A stretch of DNA of 32,000 nucleotides from the NCBI GenBank assembly GCA_027031765.1, contig JALVPN010000110.1:73936-105935 (forward strand), written 5' to 3'. The notes under the pieces are model-generated. The model saw only the letters and a program-made list of their open reading frames with translations. It was not told the origin of the DNA and searched no databases. A program made the translations under genes and the position numbers. Source of the DNA: Promethearchaeota archaeon. GTDB taxonomy: Archaea; Asgardarchaeota; Thorarchaeia; Thorarchaeales; Thorarchaeaceae. Of the stretch, positions 31,779 through 32,000 are shown piece by piece (the first letter of the stretch is position 1; every line of letters starts with the position of its first letter).

Positions 31779-32000
31779 GTGATTACGCAGAGGGGCTTTG
31801 TGGTACTGTTTGCAGGCATCCTTCTCCTCACATCGGGGTTCTCCTTCGTGAACTACTACCTAGTAGTCCTTGGGGTCTACCTCATTGTCGGTCTGGTGGT
31901 GTCCTTGCCCCTCTTCGCTGCCACCGCGAACATCTCTGGTATCGAGGTGGAGCGTACTGTTGACAAGACCAAGGTGTTCTCGGGCGACTTCCTCCGCGTG
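31779..32000 (+). CDS. DUF58-domain (vWA-like) protein, N-terminal part; runs off the window edge
   Basis: Not in the ORF track. GTG at 31779 gives MITQRGFVVLFAGILLLTSGFSFVNYYLVVLGVYLIVGLVVSLPLFAATANISGIEVERTVDKTKVFSGDFLRV: two TMs, then V.R....RVF.G, as in DUF58 genes that follow moxR. Confidence 0.75.
   Translation, partial: MITQRGFVVLFAGILLLTSGFSFVNYYLVVLGVYLIVGLVVSLPLFAATANISGIEVERTVDKTKVFSGDFLRV

Overview
Archaeal chromosomal window, roughly 60% GC by spot counts. An Asgard/Thorarchaeia-like lineage is plausible from the eL38 gene and overall gene content, but that is inference. Bases 1-21.7 kb are mostly housekeeping: the FKBP-hemK-ksgA-DUF655-rpo4-rpl21e-pus10 block, a geranylgeranyl-reductase-family gene, pth2, truD, a NusA-like gene, alba, a beta-CASP nuclease, eL38, tRNA-Val(CAC), eL40, sucCD, PAC2, Nip7, a NOL1/NOP2 methyltransferase, threonine synthase, a CYTH gene and an HD gene. 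Bases 21.8-32 kb are one co-oriented cluster: a ~2360-aa surface protein, then DUF4129, DUF4350, MoxR and a partial DUF58 gene. The most notable observations are: (1) a ~1055-bp transposase-less element with IS6-like terminal inverted repeats and a degenerate 8-bp target duplication, carrying an AT-rich methyltransferase into the pus10-rpl21e spacer; (2) a Hel308/Ski2-like helicase with its ATPase motifs destroyed and a SWIM zinc finger inserted; (3) the giant surface protein, whose transglutaminase domain lacks all three canonical catalytic residues and whose 321-bp repeats are homogenised in a mosaic pattern, at the head of a MoxR/DUF58 operon; (4) several structured intergenic segments, including two ncRNA candidates and a hairpin that sequesters a ribosome-binding site. 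All family assignments come from motif recognition by eye; no database searches were run.
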